A DNA stretch of 64,000 nt. Source: an uncultured Steroidobacteraceae bacterium. Its GTDB lineage: Bacteria; Pseudomonadota; Gammaproteobacteria; Steroidobacterales; Steroidobacteraceae. The position numbers and the translations under genes were made by a program. Below are positions 51,920 through 62,285 of the stretch, one piece after another. The stretch is taken from assembly GCA_964406445.1 (NCBI GenBank), contig CAYORU010000003.1:107293-171292 (forward strand), written 5' to 3'. How positions within the stretch are numbered: position 1 is the stretch's first letter; the number at the start of each line of letters is the position of its first letter. The notes beneath the pieces are model-generated. The model was given only the letters and a program-made list of their open reading frames with translations, ran no database searches and was not told the origin of the DNA.

Positions 51920-52684
51920 GTGAACGCGCCCGCATCGCCCTGGCCGGCCGGCCTCGTGGACCGGCTGGCCGCGGCGACGCGGGTGGTCGCGCTGACCGGC
52001 GCAGGCGTCTCCGCCGAGAGCGGCGTGCCGACCTTTCGCGACGCGCAGACCGGCCTGTGGGCCCGCTTCCGGCCCGAGCAGCTGGCGACCGCCGAGGCCT
52101 TCGCCGCCGATCCGAAGACCGTCTGGGGCTGGTACGAGTGGCGGCGCGACCTCGTCGCCGCCGCGAAGCCCAACCCGGGGCATCTCGCGCTCGCCGAACT
52201 CGAATCGCTCGTGCCTGAGTTCACGCTCATCACCCAGAACGTGGACGGCCTGCACGCCCGCGCCGGCAGCCGCCGGCTGGTCGAGTTCCACGGCAACCTG
52301 TTCGAGAACCGATGTTTCGCGGGCTGCGGCGCGGTCGCGACCGTGCCACGGCCCTGCCCCGAGCCGCCGCGCTGCCGCTGCGGCGCCTGGCTTCGGCCCG
52401 GCGTGGTGTGGTTCGGCGAAATGATCCCGCCCAAGGCACTTGCCGATTCCGAGGCCGCGACGGCCACCTGCGAGGTGTTCCTCACGATCGGAACCTCGTC
52501 GCAGGTCTACCCCGCCGCCGGCCTCGCGCACCGGGCGCGCCAGGCCGGCGCACTCGTCGTCGAGATCAACCCCGCGCCGACCGGCCTCGACGGCGCGGCC
52601 GACGCGGTGCTGACCGGCGGCTCGGGCGTCGTCCTGCCTCGATTGCTCGAGGCCGTCCGTGCCGCGCGCGGGCTGCCGGCATGA
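51920..52684 (+). CDS. cobB: NAD-dependent protein deacylase (Sir2/CobB family)
   Basis: VVALTGAGVSAESGVPTFRD, ITQNVDGLH, a Cys-rich Zn ribbon (CFAGCG...RCRCG) and RPGVVWFGE. Confidence 0.85.
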   Translation: MNAPASPWPAGLVDRLAAATRVVALTGAGVSAESGVPTFRDAQTGLWARFRPEQLATAEAFAADPKTVWGWYEWRRDLVAAAKPNPGHLALAELESLVPEFTLITQNVDGLHARAGSRRLVEFHGNLFENRCFAGCGAVATVPRPCPEPPRCRCGAWLRPGVVWFGEMIPPKALADSEAATATCEVFLTIGTSSQVYPAAGLAHRARQAGALVVEINPAPTGLDGAADAVLTGGSGVVLPRLLEAVRAARGLPA

Positions 52685-53343
52685 ATTCCCCGGCCCGGGT
52701 CGCGGTCTTCGACCTCGACGGCACCATCACCGCGCACGACACCTTCGTGCCGTACGTCGCCGGCTGGCTGCGCCGCCATCCGGCGCGGGCCCTGCACCTG
52801 CTGCGGGTGCCGCTCGCGCTTCTGCGCTTCGCGCTCGCCGGGCGCGACCGCGGCCGGCTCAAGAGCGACCTGCTCCGGATCGTCGTCGGCCTCGCGCGGC
52901 GCGGCGAGCTCATGGCCTGGTCCGAGGAATTCGTCGCCGGCCTCGCGCCGCCCTTCCTGCACGAGCAGGCGCTGGCCGCCATCGAGCGGCACCGCGCGGC
53001 GGGCGACCGCCTGGTGCTGCTCTCCGCGAGCGTGGACCTCTACGTGCCGCTCATCGGCACGAGGCTCGGTTTCGACGAAACCATCTGCACCGGCGTGCGC
53101 TGGAACGGCGACCTCCTCGACGCGCGCCTGACCACCGAGAACCGGCGCGACGAGGAGAAACGCAGGGTGATCGAGGACCTCCGACGGCGATTCGCGGGCG
53201 CGCGCTTCGCCGCCTACGGCAACGCGGCCTCGGACTTCGCGCACCTTGCCGTGGTCGAGGAACCCCTGCTGGTCAACGCCAGCTCGGCCACCCGGCGGCG
53301 CGGGCAGCGGCTCGGCCTGCCCTGCGCGGATTGGACGCGCTGA
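52681..53343 (+). CDS. HAD-IB family hydrolase (SerB-like superfamily)
   Basis: VAVFDLDGTIT (motif I), LLSAS (motif II) and AYGNAASD (motif IV). ATGA overlap with the cobB stop. Confidence 0.8.
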   Translation: MNSPARVAVFDLDGTITAHDTFVPYVAGWLRRHPARALHLLRVPLALLRFALAGRDRGRLKSDLLRIVVGLARRGELMAWSEEFVAGLAPPFLHEQALAAIERHRAAGDRLVLLSASVDLYVPLIGTRLGFDETICTGVRWNGDLLDARLTTENRRDEEKRRVIEDLRRRFAGARFAAYGNAASDFAHLAVVEEPLLVNASSATRRRGQRLGLPCADWTR

Positions 53344-53421
53344 ATCCCGCGACTTGCCCGCCGCGAAACATTTGAGGGGTTTGCCCGGTCAATTGGGTAT
53401 GCGCCACCACGGGATCCTGCA

Positions 53422-54393
53422 ATGAGCCGTCGGTTCCTGCCGCCCGCCGTCCTGCCCTCGGACATCACCCCCGAGGCGGTCTACCGCGCGCGTCGCGAGT
53501 TCATGACCGCTGCGCTCGCGCTCGGCGCCGGCTCGCTCCTGTCCGGACAGGCGGCCGCCCAGTCCGTCATCGGCGTGACCGTGGTCGACGACGATCTCCG
53601 GTACAAGTCCAACCCACGCTATTCCACCGACGAGCCGCGGAACTCCTTCGAGGAGGTCACCGGCTACAACAACTTCTACGAGTTCGGGACCGAGAAGTCG
53701 GATCCTGCAAAGAACGCCCGCAGCTTCCGCACCCGCCCCTGGCACGTGACCGTGGACGGCGAGTCCGAGGTCCAGGGCAGCTACCTGCTCGACGACCTGA
53801 TCCGCCCGCACGCCCTGGAGGAGCGCATTTACCGGCTGCGCTGCGTGGAGGCCTGGTCGATGGTGATCCCCTGGATCGGCTTCCCGCTGGGGGATCTCAT
53901 CAAGCGCTTCAAGCCGACCTCGCGGGCCAAGTACGTCGAGTTCACCACGCTGCTCGACCCGAAGCAGATGCCGGGGCAGCGCTATCCGGTGCTCGACTGG
54001 CCCTACGTCGAGGGGCTTCGGATGGACGAGGCCATGCACCCGCTCGCCATCCTCGCGGTCGGGCTCTACGGCCAGGTGCTGCCGAACCAGAACGGCGCGC
54101 CGCTTCGGCTCGTCGTGCCCTGGAAGTACGGCTTCAAGAGCATCAAGAGCATCGTGCGCATCCGCTTCACCGAGCGGCAGCCGCGCACCAGCTGGGCGCT
54201 CTCAGCGCCGCGCGAGTACGGCTTCTACGCCAACGTGAACCCCGCGGTCGACCACCCGCGCTGGAGCCAGAAGCGCGAGCGACGCATCGGCGCGAGCTCG
54301 TTCTGGGACCGCCGCCCCACCCTGCCCTTCAACGGCTACGGCGAACAGGTCGCGGGGCTCTACCGCGGCTTGGACCTGACGAAGTTCTTCTGA
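53422..54393 (+). CDS. msrP: Protein-methionine-sulfoxide reductase catalytic subunit MsrP (YedY)
   Basis: Tat-like leader [25 protein letters not shown], and a Mo-cofactor oxidoreductase core. Confidence 0.9.
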   Translation: MSRRFLPPAVLPSDITPEAVYRARREFMTAALALGAGSLLSGQAAAQSVIGVTVVDDDLRYKSNPRYSTDEPRNSFEEVTGYNNFYEFGTEKSDPAKNARSFRTRPWHVTVDGESEVQGSYLLDDLIRPHALEERIYRLRCVEAWSMVIPWIGFPLGDLIKRFKPTSRAKYVEFTTLLDPKQMPGQRYPVLDWPYVEGLRMDEAMHPLAILAVGLYGQVLPNQNGAPLRLVVPWKYGFKSIKSIVRIRFTERQPRTSWALSAPREYGFYANVNPAVDHPRWSQKRERRIGASSFWDRRPTLPFNGYGEQVAGLYRGLDLTKFF

Positions 54394-54395
54394 GC

Positions 54396-55058
54396 ATGCT
54401 CGACACGCACCGCGACCGCCTGCTGCGCTTCGTGCTGAAGCCGCTCGTCTACCTGGCGGGCGTCGGGCCGTTCGCCTACGTTGCGGCCGGCATCGCAGGC
54501 GTGGGCGGCGTGGAGCTCGGCGCGAACCCCGTCGAGGAGATCCTCGACACGCTCGGGATCTGGGGGCTTTATTTCCTCCTCGCGACGCTCGCCGTCACGC
54601 CGATCCGGCAGCTGACCGGCTGGACGAAGCTGATCACCCTGCGCCGCCCGCTCGGCCTCGCCGCCTTCTTCTGCGTGCTCGGCCACTTTCTCTTTTACCT
54701 CGTCGTCGACCGTGCGCTCGAGTTCGACACCATCGGCGAGGACATCGTGAAGCGCCCCTTCATCACGGTCGGTTTCGCGGCGCTCCTGATCCTGACGCCG
54801 CTGGCGCTGACCTCGACCCAGCGCGCCATGCGCCGCCTCGGGCGGCGCTGGCAGAAGCTGCACCGGCTGGTCTACGTCGCCGCCTTCCTCGGCTGCCTGC
54901 ACTACGCCTGGCAGGTGAAGGCCGACCTGCGCGAGCCGATGCTCTACTTCGCGATCCTGGCGGTCCTGCTCGGCTGGCGGTGGGTCGAGCGCCGCAAGCG
55001 CGCGCGGAGGTCAGGCCTCGATCAGGCGCACGCGCTCCCCGTAAGCAGCAACGGCTGA
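54396..55058 (+). CDS. msrQ: Heme-binding membrane subunit MsrQ (YedZ)
   Basis: Six-TM ferric-reductase-like domain directly after msrP. The last 48 nt overlap the convergent vapC. Confidence 0.9.
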   Translation: MLDTHRDRLLRFVLKPLVYLAGVGPFAYVAAGIAGVGGVELGANPVEEILDTLGIWGLYFLLATLAVTPIRQLTGWTKLITLRRPLGLAAFFCVLGHFLFYLVVDRALEFDTIGEDIVKRPFITVGFAALLILTPLALTSTQRAMRRLGRRWQKLHRLVYVAAFLGCLHYAWQVKADLREPMLYFAILAVLLGWRWVERRKRARRSGLDQAHALPVSSNG

Positions 55059-55391
55059 GTCATTCGTCACGAGCTCGAGCGACTCGAGTCGCGCCTGGGC
55101 CACCAGCAGACGATCGAATGGGTCCTTGTGCCGCAGCGGGAGTCGGCCGACCGCGGCTGCGTGCGCCCCTGTTATCGCAAGCGGCAGGAAACCGGCCGGC
55201 TCGAGCGCGTCCAAAACCGCCGCAGGGTCGATGTCGATCTTGCCGATGGCGTTCTTGATCGCGATCTCCCAGATCGACGCGACGCTGACGTACGCGTCAG
55301 TGTCATCGAGTTCGCGCCGAAAATCCGCCGGCAAACGCCGCGGGTCGGCGAGCGCCCACAACAGGAGATGAGTGTCGAGAAGCACCGCCAC
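55011..55391 (-). CDS. vapC: Type II toxin, PIN-domain ribonuclease VapC
   Basis: LLDTHLLLW (Asp1), IWEIAIK (Glu), HKDPFDRLLVAQA (Asp) and VTND (Asp). 126 aa, with a 2-nt gap after the antitoxin gene. Confidence 0.9.
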   Translation of the reverse strand: MAVLLDTHLLLWALADPRRLPADFRRELDDTDAYVSVASIWEIAIKNAIGKIDIDPAAVLDALEPAGFLPLAITGAHAAAVGRLPLRHKDPFDRLLVAQARLESLELVTNDSAVAAYGERVRLIEA

Positions 55392-55393
55392 GT

Positions 55394-55633
55394 TCAGCCG
55401 TTCTCGAAAGACTCGACGACACCTTGCGGCAACGGTCCGTTGAAGTTCGCCGGCACGCGGAACTGGCCCCTGAGCAGCCCAAGCTTCTTGGGCTTCGGCT
55501 TGCGCGCGAGCGGGACCAGTCGCGCAACGGGCCTGCCTGCCCTCGCGATGATCACCTCGTCTCCACCGGCGGCCTCTTCGACGAGCCGCGAGAGATGGGT
55601 CTTCGCCTCATGAATGTTGACGGTCTTGGGCAT
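55394..55633 (-). CDS. Type II antitoxin, Phd/YefM family
   Basis: MPKTVNIHEAKTHLSRLVEEAAGGDEVIIARAGRPVARLVPL is the canonical Phd/YefM N-terminus. Confidence 0.9.
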   Translation of the reverse strand: MPKTVNIHEAKTHLSRLVEEAAGGDEVIIARAGRPVARLVPLARKPKPKKLGLLRGQFRVPANFNGPLPQGVVESFENG

Positions 55634-55659
55634 GGCAAACCCGCGGTCAGGATAATTTA

Positions 55660-55671
55660 ACTAAACTTAGT
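55660..55671. promoter_or_regulatory. 12-bp palindrome ACTAA-AC-TTAGT in the AT-rich antitoxin promoter region (candidate TA operator)
   Basis: Read directly, 27-38 nt upstream of the antitoxin ATG. Local composition is about 48% GC (29/60 counted for 55641-55700). Confidence 0.4.
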
Positions 55672-55964
55672 CTAGTCCGGTACTGAGCGTCGTGCAATGC
55701 CCTGCCCGCAAGCTCCATGACGGATGGCTCCGGAGGACCGGGCGGTTCATTGACCAGCGCACCCAGGTCGATCGCGTCTACCGGCCCGTCCCGGTCCTTC
55801 TGGGGCGCCACACAAGCGTCCGGCGCGGCGATTCGCCAAGACTTACTGAGCGACAAGTAGAACCATCTCCGGCCGGCAGACGCCGAAGCCAGACTCTGGG
55901 GCCGATTCCATAACCTGTTCCGTTCCTGCATTCATCAGGCGCGGCCGGATGACCGCTGCTGCGG

Positions 55965-56837
55965 CTACCCTCTTCGCTCAACTCTCGCCGCAATCACGAT
56001 CCCCGCTAGCACCAGCGCTCCGCCGGCCGCCGTCGCGGCGGTGACGGCCTCGCCCAGCAGCAGCCAGGCGAACAACCCCGCGAGCAGCGGCTCGCCCGCG
56101 AGCGTGACGGCGACGAAGGCGGGCTTCAGGTGCCTAAGCGACCAGTTGTAGCCGCTGTGGCCGAGGAGCTGGGAGACGAGCGCCATGCCGGCGAGCGCGG
56201 CCCAGGTGCCACCCGCGAAGCCGTGCCATTGCAGGCCTGACAGCAGCGTCGCCACCCAGAGCGTCACGGCCGCAGACCCGTAGGCGATCGCGACGTAGGG
56301 CAGGAAGGGCAGCGAGCGCTGCGCGCCGCGCGCGAGCAGCAGGTAGCCGGCCATGGCGACGGCGCCGGCGAGTGCCAGCGCGTGGCCGATGTTCGGGCCA
56401 CCCGATGCGAGGTCGCCGCCCGCAAGCACCGCGCTGCCGCAGACGACGAGACCCACCGATACCCAAGTCGCGGGTCCCGGCCGGTCGCGGCCGGTGAGCC
56501 AGCCGATCACGGCAACCCAGACCGGCGCGGTGGTCACGAGCAGCACGCTCTGCGCGACCGGCAGGTGCTCGAGGGAGGCGATCCAGGTCGCGAAGTGAAC
56601 GGAGAGCAGCATGCCGGCGCCGATCGCGAGCGCGACGTCGGCCCGCGTCCCGCCCGGACGTCTGTGACCGAAGGCGAGCGCCGCCGGCGCCACGAGGAGC
56701 GCGGCGAGGCCGACGCGCCAGGCGGCGATCACCAGCGCCGGGGCGTCGGCGAAGCGCGCGAAAATCGAGCCAAAGGAAACGGCGACGAGCGCGAAGCCGA
56801 GCACCGCGTAGGGCAACGCGGCGCCCGCGCTGCGCAT
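55965..56837 (-). CDS. DMT superfamily (EamA-type) transporter
   Basis: About 290 aa with 10 hydrophobic segments in two EamA-like halves. The start lies 4 nt after the DAHP synthase stop. Confidence 0.8.
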   Translation of the reverse strand: MRSAGAALPYAVLGFALVAVSFGSIFARFADAPALVIAAWRVGLAALLVAPAALAFGHRRPGGTRADVALAIGAGMLLSVHFATWIASLEHLPVAQSVLLVTTAPVWVAVIGWLTGRDRPGPATWVSVGLVVCGSAVLAGGDLASGGPNIGHALALAGAVAMAGYLLLARGAQRSLPFLPYVAIAYGSAAVTLWVATLLSGLQWHGFAGGTWAALAGMALVSQLLGHSGYNWSLRHLKPAFVAVTLAGEPLLAGLFAWLLLGEAVTAATAAGGALVLAGIVIAARVERRG

Positions 56838-56841
56838 CGGC

Positions 56842-57936
56842 TCAGCCCGCCTGCGCCCCGCGGGCGAGCGAGGGCACGATGCGCGGGCAGCCCGCCAGCT
56901 TCTGGTGCAGCCCAAGCAGCAGCTGCTCGGTCGCCTTCCAGTCGATGCAGGCGTCGGTGACCGACACGCCGTAGCGGAGCGCGGAAAGGTCGGCCGGGAT
57001 CGGCTGGTTGCCCCAGCCGAGGTGGCTCTCGAGCATGAGCCCCACGATGGACTGGTTGCCCTCGAGCACCTGGTTCACGCAATTGTCCGCGACCAGCGGC
57101 TGCAACCCCGGGTCCTTGTTCGAGTTGCCGTGGCTGCAGTCGACCACGATGTTGCCGGGCAGGCCGGCCTTGGCGAGCTCCTGCTCGGCGAGCGCGACGC
57201 TGACCGAGTCGTAGTTGGTGCGCCCGCCGCCGCCGCGCAGCACGATGTGCCCGTAGCTGTTGCCGCGGGTGCGGAACACCGCCGACTGGCCCTGCTGGGT
57301 GACGCCGAGGAAGTGGTGCGGGCTTCGCACCGACTGCAGCGCGTTGATGGCCACCGTCAACGTGCCGTCGGTGCCGTTCTTGAAGCCGACCGGCGTGGAG
57401 AGCCCCGAGGCCATCTCGCGGTGGGTCTGCGACTCGGTGGTGCGCGCCCCGATCGCCGTCCAGGTGACCGCGTCACCGAGGTACTGCGGCATGATCGGGT
57501 CGAGCGCCTCGGTCGCGGCCGGCAGGCCCATCTCCGCGAGCTCGACCAGCAGCCCGCGCGCGAGCCGAAGCCCCTTCTCGATGTGGAAGGAGTCGTCCAT
57601 GTCCGGGTCGTTGATCAGGCCCTTCCAGCCGACCGTGGTGCGCGGCTTCTCGAAATAGACGCGCATGACGAGGTAGAGCGTACGGCTCACCCGCTCGGCC
57701 AGCGCCTTGAGCCGCCCGGCGTACTCGCGCGCGGCATCGAGGTCGTGGATCGAGCAGGGGCCGACCACGACGAAGAGCCGCGGGTCCCTGCGGTCCAGGA
57801 TGCCGCGGATGGCGTCGCGGGCCGAATACACGAACGCCTCGCCGGCCGCCGACAGCGGCAGCTCGGCACGCACCTCCTCGGGGGTGGGCAGCAGCTCGCT
57901 CGAAAGGACGTTGACGTTGTGCAGGCGGCTCGACAT
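56842..57936 (-). CDS. Class I (AroF/G/H type) DAHP synthase
   Basis: DPRLFVVVGPCSIHD, YFEKPRTTVGWKGLINDP and CSHGNS. 364 aa. The isozyme and feedback specificity cannot be told from sequence by eye. Confidence 0.9.
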   Translation of the reverse strand: MSSRLHNVNVLSSELLPTPEEVRAELPLSAAGEAFVYSARDAIRGILDRRDPRLFVVVGPCSIHDLDAAREYAGRLKALAERVSRTLYLVMRVYFEKPRTTVGWKGLINDPDMDDSFHIEKGLRLARGLLVELAEMGLPAATEALDPIMPQYLGDAVTWTAIGARTTESQTHREMASGLSTPVGFKNGTDGTLTVAINALQSVRSPHHFLGVTQQGQSAVFRTRGNSYGHIVLRGGGGRTNYDSVSVALAEQELAKAGLPGNIVVDCSHGNSNKDPGLQPLVADNCVNQVLEGNQSIVGLMLESHLGWGNQPIPADLSALRYGVSVTDACIDWKATEQLLLGLHQKLAGCPRIVPSLARGAQAG

Positions 57937-57966
57937 GGGGGTCTCGCAGACGTAGACAGGCGCGGC

Positions 57967-57975
57967 AGTATAGCA
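57967..57975 (-). promoter_or_regulatory. Candidate extended -10 promoter TGcTATACT for the DAHP synthase gene
   Basis: The minus strand reads gtTGCTATACTgcc about 30 nt upstream of the ATG at 57936. Same TGCTATA(G/C)T form as upstream of ccmA. Confidence 0.3.
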
Positions 57976-57999
57976 ACCGCGCTTCAAGCCAGGCCTCGA

Positions 58000-58392
58000 T
58001 CAGTAGCGGGCGGCGAGCACGTCCGTCTGCGCGAAATCCTGGCCCTTGAACAGTAGCGGCTCGCCGGTCACCCGCGACAGCGCGTAGGCGAAGCAGTCGC
58101 CGAAGTTGAGCGAAGCCGCATGCCGGCCCTTGCCGAAGCGACGCCAGGCCTCGCGCGCCACCTCGGCCTGCCCAGTCGACACGGCCTCGACCGAAAGCCC
58201 GGCCTTGGCGACGAGCAAGTCGAATTCCCGGCCACCCGCCGGGCCGTAGCGGGATTCGATGACGATTCCGGCCTCGACCAGCGTCGCGGCCGAGATGAGC
58301 CGGACCGGGTCCGCCTCGAGCGCGGCGGCGATGCGCGCGGCCTCGGGCTCCATGCCGAGCAGCGCGACGATGGCGGAAGTGTCGACGACCAC
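58000..58392 (-). CDS. vapC: Type II toxin, PIN-domain ribonuclease VapC (FitB-like)
   Basis: VVDTSAIVA (Asp1), LVEAGIV (Glu), FGDCFAYALS (Asp) and QDF. 130 aa, GTG start. Confidence 0.9.
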   Translation of the reverse strand: MVVDTSAIVALLGMEPEAARIAAALEADPVRLISAATLVEAGIVIESRYGPAGGREFDLLVAKAGLSVEAVSTGQAEVAREAWRRFGKGRHAASLNFGDCFAYALSRVTGEPLLFKGQDFAQTDVLAARY

Positions 58393-58402
58393 CCTGCGCG
58401 CC

Positions 58403-58654
58403 TCAGCGCGGCAGCCCGTGCTCGTCGAAGCCGACGATGTCCTCGGGGCTGCGCGAATCGCGAACCGCGAGGCCCGCGCAACGCTCGCCGATCTTCAGCA
58501 TTTCGTCGGCGAGTCGCGGCCCGCGCGCGCGGCGCAGCCGGGCCAGCCGTTCGCGCAATGCCTGCACGATCGCCGCCGTCAGGGTCTCGCCGGTCGCTTT
58601 CGCGACCTCGCGGGCCAGCCGGTCGGCTTCGGGATCCTTGATGCTGAGCGCCAT
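58403..58654 (-). CDS. vapB: Type II antitoxin VapB (PSK/Rv0623-like)
   Basis: [37 protein letters not shown] is typical of this VapB family. Confidence 0.85.
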   Translation of the reverse strand: MALSIKDPEADRLAREVAKATGETLTAAIVQALRERLARLRRARGPRLADEMLKIGERCAGLAVRDSRSPEDIVGFDEHGLPR

Positions 58655-58663
58655 GATGCAGAG

Positions 58664-58691
58664 GTATATAAAGATAGAAGACTGTATATAC
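58664..58691. promoter_or_regulatory. Two copies of GTATATA(C) spaced 20 nt apart directly upstream of vapB (candidate operator/-10; possibly leaderless mRNA)
   Basis: Read directly. GTATATAC is self-complementary. The proximal copy ends 9 nt before the ATG, and no SD is visible. Confidence 0.4.
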
Positions 58692-58725
58692 TAGCGGGGG
58701 CGCAGCGGGGTGTAAACAACGGCAC

Positions 58726-59462
58726 TCAGCGCACCGCCCACCCCGGCACGTGGCGCCAGCCGCGCGCGAGCGCCTGGTCGAGGGCCCTCCAGTCCGGCTC
58801 CATGCGCTCGACCAGCTTCCAGAACCGCCGCGAGTGGTTCATGTGCACCGTGTGCGCGAGCTCGTGCGCGAGGAGGTAGCGCAGCACCTCCGGCCGCTGG
58901 AACATCAGGCAGGCATTGAGGCTGATGGTGCCGGAACGCGAGCAGCTGCCCCAGCGGGTGCGCTGGCGGCGCACCTGCACACGCTTGTACGAGAGGCCGT
59001 GGCGCGCCGCCTCGGCGGCGAGCGCAGGCGCGAGGTGGGCGTGCGCGGACCTGAGCAGCCAGCGCTGCAGGAGGTGGCGCACCAGCGCCTCGCGCGTGAG
59101 GTCGCCGCTGACGACGAGGCGCCCGTCGAGCACCCGAAGCCGCGGCGGATGCGGCGCCGCGCGGTACTCGACGGGCAGCCGAGTGCCGGTCGCGGCAAAT
59201 GCGATCTCGCTCGGCAGCTGCGGCGTGGTGTCCACCTCGACGTGGCGGAACTCGTCCACCTTCCTCGCGATCCACGCGCGATGGCGCGCCACGAACTGCT
59301 CGACGAGGCGCGGCCGGGTGCCGGGCGGCACCACCACCTCCACGCGACCGCCGGGAAACACCCGCACGGTGAGTCGGCGCGCGCGGCCGCTGATGCGCAC
59401 GCTCCAGGGCGCCTCCTGCGGCGCCGCGTCGAACAGGGCGAGCTGGCCGACGGCGCCAGTCA

Positions 59463-59463
<1 letters not shown>
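58726..59463 (-). CDS. YgjP-like M48/DUF45 (SprT-like) metal-dependent hydrolase
   Basis: TRWGSCSRSGTISLN and the zinc motif HELAHTVHMNHSRRFW. The ATG overlaps the fadH stop (TGATG). Confidence 0.85.
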
Positions 59464-61550
<2,087 letters not shown>

Positions 61551-62285
61551 TCAGCCGGGCAGGCGCTCGAGACGCTCCGCGAGGCGCAGGGCGAAGCCGT
61601 CGGCCACCCAGCCGGCCCAGGCCGCGCAGGCCTCCGCGTTCGGGTGAAAGCCGTCGCGGGAGAATGCCTCCCGCGCGAGCCTGCGCGGGAAGCTCACCAC
61701 CTTCAGGCCGCGATAGCCGGTGAGGTCCACCGCGCGCTGCTGAAGCCGGCGAGAGCGGTCGCCGAGCAGGGTCGCAAGCGGCCGCGGCAGCGCCGGGAAG
61801 CTGTCGAGCGGCGGGATGCCGCCGAAGACGACCGCCGGCCGCCGCCGGGTGGCGACGAGGCCGTCGACGAGGGCGGCCAGCTGGTCCTTGAACTGCTGCG
61901 GGGGCGTGCCGCGCACTGCGTCGTTGACGCCGACCGACAGCACCACGAACTCCGGTTCCCACTCGGCCGCGCGCGGCAGCAGCTCGGCGAGGATCGACGC
62001 CGCGGTCGCCCCGGAGCGTCCGACCGCGTTCCACTCGACCGCAGTGCCAGCCGCGGCGAGGCGTGCCGCTACCCGGCCGGTGAGCCCCTCGCGCTGGTGG
62101 CTCACGCCGACGCCGGCGATGATCGAATCGCCGAGCCCGGCGAGGCGCAGCGCCGCGCCCTCCCCGATGCGCCCCGTCACGCCCTCGGCGTCCGCCGGCC
62201 AGCCCGCCCGCAGCTTCGCATAGGCACCCTGCAGCAGCAGCAGCGGCGCCCACTTCCACCAGTGCCGCTCGTCGCGGGCCAGCAT
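61551..62285 (-). CDS. SGNH/GDSL hydrolase family protein (TesA/arylesterase-like)
   Basis: Block I LAGLGDSIIAGVG, block III LSVGVNDA and block V DGFHPN. The ATG overlaps the upstream permease stop. Confidence 0.8.
   Translation of the reverse strand: MLARDERHWWKWAPLLLLQGAYAKLRAGWPADAEGVTGRIGEGAALRLAGLGDSIIAGVGVSHQREGLTGRVAARLAAAGTAVEWNAVGRSGATAASILAELLPRAAEWEPEFVVLSVGVNDAVRGTPPQQFKDQLAALVDGLVATRRRPAVVFGGIPPLDSFPALPRPLATLLGDRSRRLQQRAVDLTGYRGLKVVSFPRRLAREAFSRDGFHPNAEACAAWAGWVADGFALRLAERLERLPG

Noticed and set aside
51920-52684. Sir2-domain protein as a possible anti-phage (Thoeris/DSR/SIR2-HerA-like) effector
   Set aside because: It has the short CobB-type architecture, with an intact NAD-binding GAGVSAESGVPTFRD motif and a Zn ribbon. 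It is embedded in a housekeeping array (acnA upstream, HAD and msrPQ downstream), and no partner defence genes are present.
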